NCBI GenBank assembly: GCA_963755025.1
Contig: CAVWIH010000014.1
Coordinates: 288,001-352,000, forward strand
DNA length: 64,000 bases
Source of the DNA: an uncultured Actinomycetes bacterium
GTDB lineage: Bacteria; Actinomycetota; Thermoleophilia; UBA2241
Reading direction: 5' to 3'
Below, piece by piece: positions 59,551 through 64,000 of the stretch. The notes beneath the pieces are model-generated. The model did not search any database. It had not been told where the DNA came from and saw only the letters and a program-made list of their open reading frames with translations. Each line of letters begins with the position of its first letter. Positions within the stretch are counted from its first letter, which is position 1. Made by a program: the position numbers and the translations under genes.

Positions 59551-61239
59551 TTGCCGGCAGCACCCCCCACACCGTCACCGCAAGCGCCGCTGATCGTCGT
59601 CGTCGACGACAGCAGCGAAGATCTGCGGTCACTGCGTGACGAGCTCGCGCGGCGCTTCGGCCCAGACTTTGAGGTCGTCGCCCGGCGCAGCGCCGGGGCG
59701 GCCGTCGCGGCGCTCGAAAAATCGCTCACCAGAGGGCGCGAGGTCGCCCTGGTCATCGCCGACATGTGGATGGACGAGATGACCGGCGTCGAGTTCCTGG
59801 CGCGGTCGCGCCATATCTACCCCGACGCCAGGAGGGCTCTCATCTGGTCGTACGGCGACATGCGCGCCCTCGAGCCCCTCTACCGGTCGATGGCCCTGGG
59901 CGGCATAGACGACTACCTCACGAGGCCCTGGATACCGGTGGAGCACGGGCTGTACCGACCCGTCGGAGAGCTGCTCGGCGACTGGACCAGGGCCAACCGG
60001 CCGCGCTTTGAAGCCATCCGCATGGTGGGCGACGAGAGCTCGCGCCGCTGTCACGAGATCAGGGACCGCCTGGCGCCGTTCAACCTCACCGTGGGGTTCG
60101 TCGCCGCCGACTCAGACGACGGACGGCGGCTGCTCGATACAGCCGGCGTCGCCGCCGGGCGGCTGCCGGTGTTGTTCCTGTACGACGGCAGGGTCCTGGT
60201 CGACCCGAGCGACGTCGAGATCGCCAACGCTCTCGGCGGCACGACCCGCGCCCGCGCGGGAGTCTGCGACGTGGCGGTGGTCGGCGCCGGACCGGCGGGC
60301 CTGGCCGCAGCCGTCTACGGCGCCACCGAGGGCCTCGACACCATCGTGATCGAACGCGAGGCGCTCGGCGGCCAGGCCGGGTCGACGTCGATGATCCGCA
60401 ACTACCTGGGCTTTCCGCGCGGCGTCACCGGGGCCGACCTGACCGCACGCGCCTACGACCAGTCGCTGCTTTTCGGGGCGGAGTTCATCTTCGGCAACGA
60501 GGTCGTGGACCTGCGCCCGCGTGACGGCCACTTCGCGCTGTCGCTCAGCGAGGGCGGCGAGCTTGCCGCCCGCGCGGTCGTGCTCGCCACCGGCGTGGCC
60601 TACCGGCGGCTCGGCATTGCCGCGCTCGAGTCGCTCGTGGGGGCCGGAGTGTTCTACGGGGCCGCCGTGACCGAGGCCAGCGCCCTGCGCGGCCAGCACG
60701 TGTTCGTCGTAGGCGGCGCCAACTCCGCCGGTCAGGCCGCGGTCTACCTGGCGCGCTTTGCCGAACGGGTCACCGTCCTGGTGCGTGGCAACGCCCTGGC
60801 CGACACCATGTCGGCGTACCTCATACGTCAGGTCGAGATCGCCCCCAACATCTACGTGCGCTGCAACGCCGAGGTCGTGGACGGGCACGGGCACGGCCGG
60901 CTCGAGTCGCTCACGGTGCGGGACCGTCGCTCGGGACGGACGACCGAAGAGCCCGCCGTCGCCCTGTTCGTGCTGATCGGCGCCGAGCCCCACACTGAGT
61001 GGCTGCCGGCCGAGATCGCTCGCGACGAGTGGGGCTTTGTGCTGACCGGCCGTGACCTGGCCGGCGACGGCCTCTCGCCGCGGTGGGCGACCGCCCGGGC
61101 GCCCCTGTTCCTCGAGAGCAGCATGCCCGGCGTCTTTGCCACCGGCGACGTGCGGCACCGTTCGGTCAAACGAGTGTCGTCGGCGGTGGGCGACGGGGCC
61201 ATCGCCATCGCCCTGGTCCACGAGTACCTGGCCGCCTGA
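59551..61239 (+). CDS. REC-fused thioredoxin-reductase-like FAD oxidoreductase
   Basis: VVDD/ADMWM REC domain; GAGPAG, GGQAG, NYLGFP, ATG, GGANSAGQ, GDVR; no CxxC. Confidence 0.88.
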   Translation: MPAAPPTPSPQAPLIVVVDDSSEDLRSLRDELARRFGPDFEVVARRSAGAAVAALEKSLTRGREVALVIADMWMDEMTGVEFLARSRHIYPDARRALIWSYGDMRALEPLYRSMALGGIDDYLTRPWIPVEHGLYRPVGELLGDWTRANRPRFEAIRMVGDESSRRCHEIRDRLAPFNLTVGFVAADSDDGRRLLDTAGVAAGRLPVLFLYDGRVLVDPSDVEIANALGGTTRARAGVCDVAVVGAGPAGLAAAVYGATEGLDTIVIEREALGGQAGSTSMIRNYLGFPRGVTGADLTARAYDQSLLFGAEFIFGNEVVDLRPRDGHFALSLSEGGELAARAVVLATGVAYRRLGIAALESLVGAGVFYGAAVTEASALRGQHVFVVGGANSAGQAAVYLARFAERVTVLVRGNALADTMSAYLIRQVEIAPNIYVRCNAEVVDGHGHGRLESLTVRDRRSGRTTEEPAVALFVLIGAEPHTEWLPAEIARDEWGFVLTGRDLAGDGLSPRWATARAPLFLESSMPGVFATGDVRHRSVKRVSSAVGDGAIAIALVHEYLAA

Positions 61240-61261
61240 CGCAGGGCCGGCGCCGCGGCTC

Positions 61262-61996
61262 TCAGGAGTAGAGGCGTGTCGCCCGCCAGGGCCGTTCGTC
61301 GCGAAAGTCGAGGTAGCTGGTGCGCTCGATGAGCAGCGCACCGGTGCCCAGGAACGGCCCCGGTATGTGGCCCCGGTGAAGCCGGATCGACTCGTAATGC
61401 AGCGGCGCGACGGCGACCGCCTGGCGGTGCGCCGAGTTGGCGTGCCACAGCTCAGGGCCGTCGGGCCGCGAGAACAGGACGAGGTTGCCGAAGCGCCCAT
61501 GCTCGGCGCCGAGGTCGTAATAGCTGAGCAGGCCGAGCGCGGCGTAGTCGGCGAACGTCTCGGCCAGCCTGGCTTCGAGATCGAACAGGATGGTGTGATC
61601 GACCCCCTGACGGAGCTGGCCGAAGAAGCCGACCGCGGTGACGTCGCGCGCCTCGACCAGGGCGACCGAGTCGGGCGCCACGAGCAGCTGCCGGCGGTCG
61701 TCGTCGGCGCGTTCGCTCACCCGGGGGCCGGTCGCGTTCTCGACGACCCAGGTCCGGGCGGCAGCGCGCTCGCGGGCCAGCATGTCGGCCATGAGCGGTA
61801 TATCGGAACGGCTCGCCGCCAGACGCGCGAACTCGTGCCCGCCGCGAGGTTCGCGGGGTCCCAGCCCCGGGGTGGGCTCGTACGCCGAAGTCGGCGCCGG
61901 CGGGGGGCCCGGAACGACCCGGCGGGAACCGGCCACCGTGGCGTCCTGCTCGGGCGCGGGGCGATGTCTCCTGGACACCTGCGACCTCCTCTTCAC
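61262..61996 (-). CDS. Hypothetical protein (possible dimeric alpha-beta barrel/monooxygenase-like C-terminus)
   Basis: VGFFGQ, GNLVLF and W....H..A......Y..IRLH motifs; start uncertain (may be near 61793). Confidence 0.55.
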   Translation of the reverse strand: MKRRSQVSRRHRPAPEQDATVAGSRRVVPGPPPAPTSAYEPTPGLGPREPRGGHEFARLAASRSDIPLMADMLARERAAARTWVVENATGPRVSERADDDRRQLLVAPDSVALVEARDVTAVGFFGQLRQGVDHTILFDLEARLAETFADYAALGLLSYYDLGAEHGRFGNLVLFSRPDGPELWHANSAHRQAVAVAPLHYESIRLHRGHIPGPFLGTGALLIERTSYLDFRDERPWRATRLYS

Positions 61997-62145
61997 CGCG
62001 CAGCCATCGGCTGCGCACTAGGAGTATCCCACCACCGGCCCGTGACCCAGACTGATGGGAACGCCGAAAAGACCGGGCGCCGTCGCCGCGCGCGGTACCA
62101 TGCGCGTAGCGACTCCGCCGTGCGTCCGCGACCGCGAAGGAGCTT

Positions 62146-62943
62146 ATGGACCGACTGCGTTTCGCCACGTTTCTCGCCCCCGCCCTGTTGCCGGTCTACC
62201 AGGCCTTGAGCGACGAGGTCGGCCGCCGGCTCGGGGTCGCGACGGAGCTCGTGGTCGAGACCGACGCCGCGGCTTGGACGACCGACAGAAACGACGTCTG
62301 CTTCATCTGCAGCCTGCCGTACGTCTGGTACGAGCGCCGCGGCGTCGCGCCGGCCGTGCCCGTCGCCGCGCCGGTGCTCGAAGGCGCCCGCTACGCCGGC
62401 AAGCCGATCTACTACTCCGACGTCATCGTCCCCAGCGCCAGCGCGGCCACGTCGTTCCTCGACCTGCGCGACCGTACCTGGGCGTGCAGCGAACCACTCT
62501 CGCACTCGGGCTACGGCATCACGCGCTACCACCTGGTCGCGATCGCCCAGACCGCCGGCTTCTTTGGCCGGGTCGTCGAGACGGGCTCGCATGCCGAGTC
62601 GCTGCGCCTGGTCGCCGAAGGCGCGGTGGACGGCGCGGCCATCGACTCGCAGGTGCTCGCCGTGGCGACGCGCGACGACCCGGCGCTGGGCCGCTCCCTG
62701 CGCGTGGTCGACGCGCTCGGACCATCGACCAGCCAGCCGGTGACCGTCTCCAAACGGCTGCCGCCGGCGCTGCGCGACGAGATCGGCCGGGCCCTGACGT
62801 CGGCGCACGAGGAGCCGCTCGTGCGCGCGCGACTGGAGATGGGTCTGGTCAGGCGCTTCGTGGCCGCCGGACCGTCGTCTTACGACGACATCCGCCGGAT
62901 GCTGTCCGCCTGCGAGGCGGCCGGGTTCCTGCGGCTCAGGTGA
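62146..62943 (+). CDS. PhnD/SsuA-type substrate-binding-fold protein without a signal peptide
   Basis: CSLPY, YYSDVIV, S.SG, TGSH..S...V..G..D.AAIDS; AAGGAG RBS. Confidence 0.8.
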   Translation: MDRLRFATFLAPALLPVYQALSDEVGRRLGVATELVVETDAAAWTTDRNDVCFICSLPYVWYERRGVAPAVPVAAPVLEGARYAGKPIYYSDVIVPSASAATSFLDLRDRTWACSEPLSHSGYGITRYHLVAIAQTAGFFGRVVETGSHAESLRLVAEGAVDGAAIDSQVLAVATRDDPALGRSLRVVDALGPSTSQPVTVSKRLPPALRDEIGRALTSAHEEPLVRARLEMGLVRRFVAAGPSSYDDIRRMLSACEAAGFLRLR

Positions 62944-64000
62944 TGGCCGCCCCGGCGAAGGGCACGCGCTGGTCGTGCGTGCTGGCCACGATCACGCGAT
63001 CGCGACCGCCCTCTTTGGCGACGTAGAGCGCGCGGTCGGCCGCGTCGAGCAGCTCGCCGAACCTGTCGTCGAGACGGCTGCGCGAGGCCGTGACCATGCC
63101 GATGCTCACCGTGCAGCGCCACGGCGCCGCCTGACCCCAGGGCGAGCACTGCGGAGTGGAGCTGCGCAGCCGCTCGGCGATGGGCCGCGCCTCGTCGGAG
63201 TCGGTCGCCGGCAGCAGCACGCAGAACTCGTCGCCTCCCAGGCGACCCATGATGTCGCCCTCGCGCAGCTGGCTCTGCCAGCCCGCGGCCACCGCACCGA
63301 GCAGGCGGTCGCCGGCGACGTGGCCGTGCGTGTCGTTGACCACCTTGAGGCGGTCGAGGTCGAGGAGCACGACGGTGAGCGGCTCCCCACGCGCGGCGGC
63401 GCGCGCGACCTCGAGCTCGGCGAGCTCAGTGAAGCGACGCCGGGTCAGGACCCCGGTGAGCCCGTCGGTGGTCGCCAGGCGCAGCGCGTCGTCGAGCAGC
63501 GCTACGCGCTCGGTCACGTCGCACACCACGACGGCCAGGCCGAGCACGGTGCCCGTGCCGCTGATCACCGTGGTCGCCCGCAGGTTCAGGACGTGCGGTG
63601 CGCGCACGGGCGGCGCGGCGTGGTCGAGGGCGGCGTCATCTGAGGCGACGGCATGAGATCCCGCCCCATGAGCGTCGGCGTCGTGAGTGGGCGGAGCGGC
63701 GCTCTCGACGTCCCAGCTGCGGCCCAGGAGACGCTTGCTGTGGCCCGTCTCCGTCAGTCCCCGCGCCGCCTCGTGCAGAACGGCGCCGACGTCGGGCCGC
63801 GCCGCGAAAAGCTCCGCGATGGGCTTGCCGATGCTGTCCGTCGCGAGCTCAGGGAACGAGAGCGCGGCGGCCGGGTTGAAGTCGCGCAGGCGCCCTTGCA
63901 CGTCGAGCACCATGACCCCGTCGGCCAGGTGCTCGATCACCGCGTCGCGCGCCAGCGGCGCCAGGTCGAAGAGCCGGCACGAGAACAGGGCGTAGGCCAT
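62936..64000 (-). CDS. PAS-GGDEF diguanylate cyclase (5'-truncated by the window)
   Basis: TDGLTG, DLDRLK.VND.HGH..GD, RLGGDEF, AD.ALY.AK.GG. Confidence 0.9.
   Translation of the reverse strand: MAYALFSCRLFDLAPLARDAVIEHLADGVMVLDVQGRLRDFNPAAALSFPELATDSIGKPIAELFAARPDVGAVLHEAARGLTETGHSKRLLGRSWDVESAAPPTHDADAHGAGSHAVASDDAALDHAAPPVRAPHVLNLRATTVISGTGTVLGLAVVVCDVTERVALLDDALRLATTDGLTGVLTRRRFTELAELEVARAAARGEPLTVVLLDLDRLKVVNDTHGHVAGDRLLGAVAAGWQSQLREGDIMGRLGGDEFCVLLPATDSDEARPIAERLRSSTPQCSPWGQAAPWRCTVSIGMVTASRSRLDDRFGELLDAADRALYVAKEGGRDRVIVASTHDQRVPFAGAAIT

Overview
A very GC-rich chromosomal segment, probably from an anaerobic or facultative Actinomycetota (Thermoleophilia/Coriobacteriia-like; this is an inference from GC content, DUF2795/GAP/PdtaS-type genes and Por/DUF1638 anaerobe genes). 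It holds about 65 accessory metabolic and signalling genes. I saw no rRNA, tRNA, CRISPR array, IS element or prophage. Highlights: (1) A complete RNA-level nitrogen-control circuit: a PdtaS/EutW-like kinase, a REC-ANTAR antiterminator, and two near-identical twin-hairpin ANTAR leaders with overlapping terminators. These leaders head two convergent operons, one encoding an archaeal-type split glutamate synthase and the other a stand-alone glutamine-synthetase N-domain, the ANTAR regulator itself and argD. (2) A MerR-REC / double-domain KaiC-like ATPase / GAF-PP2C operon with no KaiA, KaiB or histidine kinase. (3) A hidden selenoprotein (DsbA/FrnE-like, UPWC, with a SECIS-like hairpin) that the ORF track truncates. 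(4) Several unannotated small proteins and paralog pairs, shared OmpR-type boxes, and recurrent tandem micro-duplications at gene 3' ends. Several single-base frameshifts look like long-read indel errors. All product calls come from remembered family motifs, not database searches.
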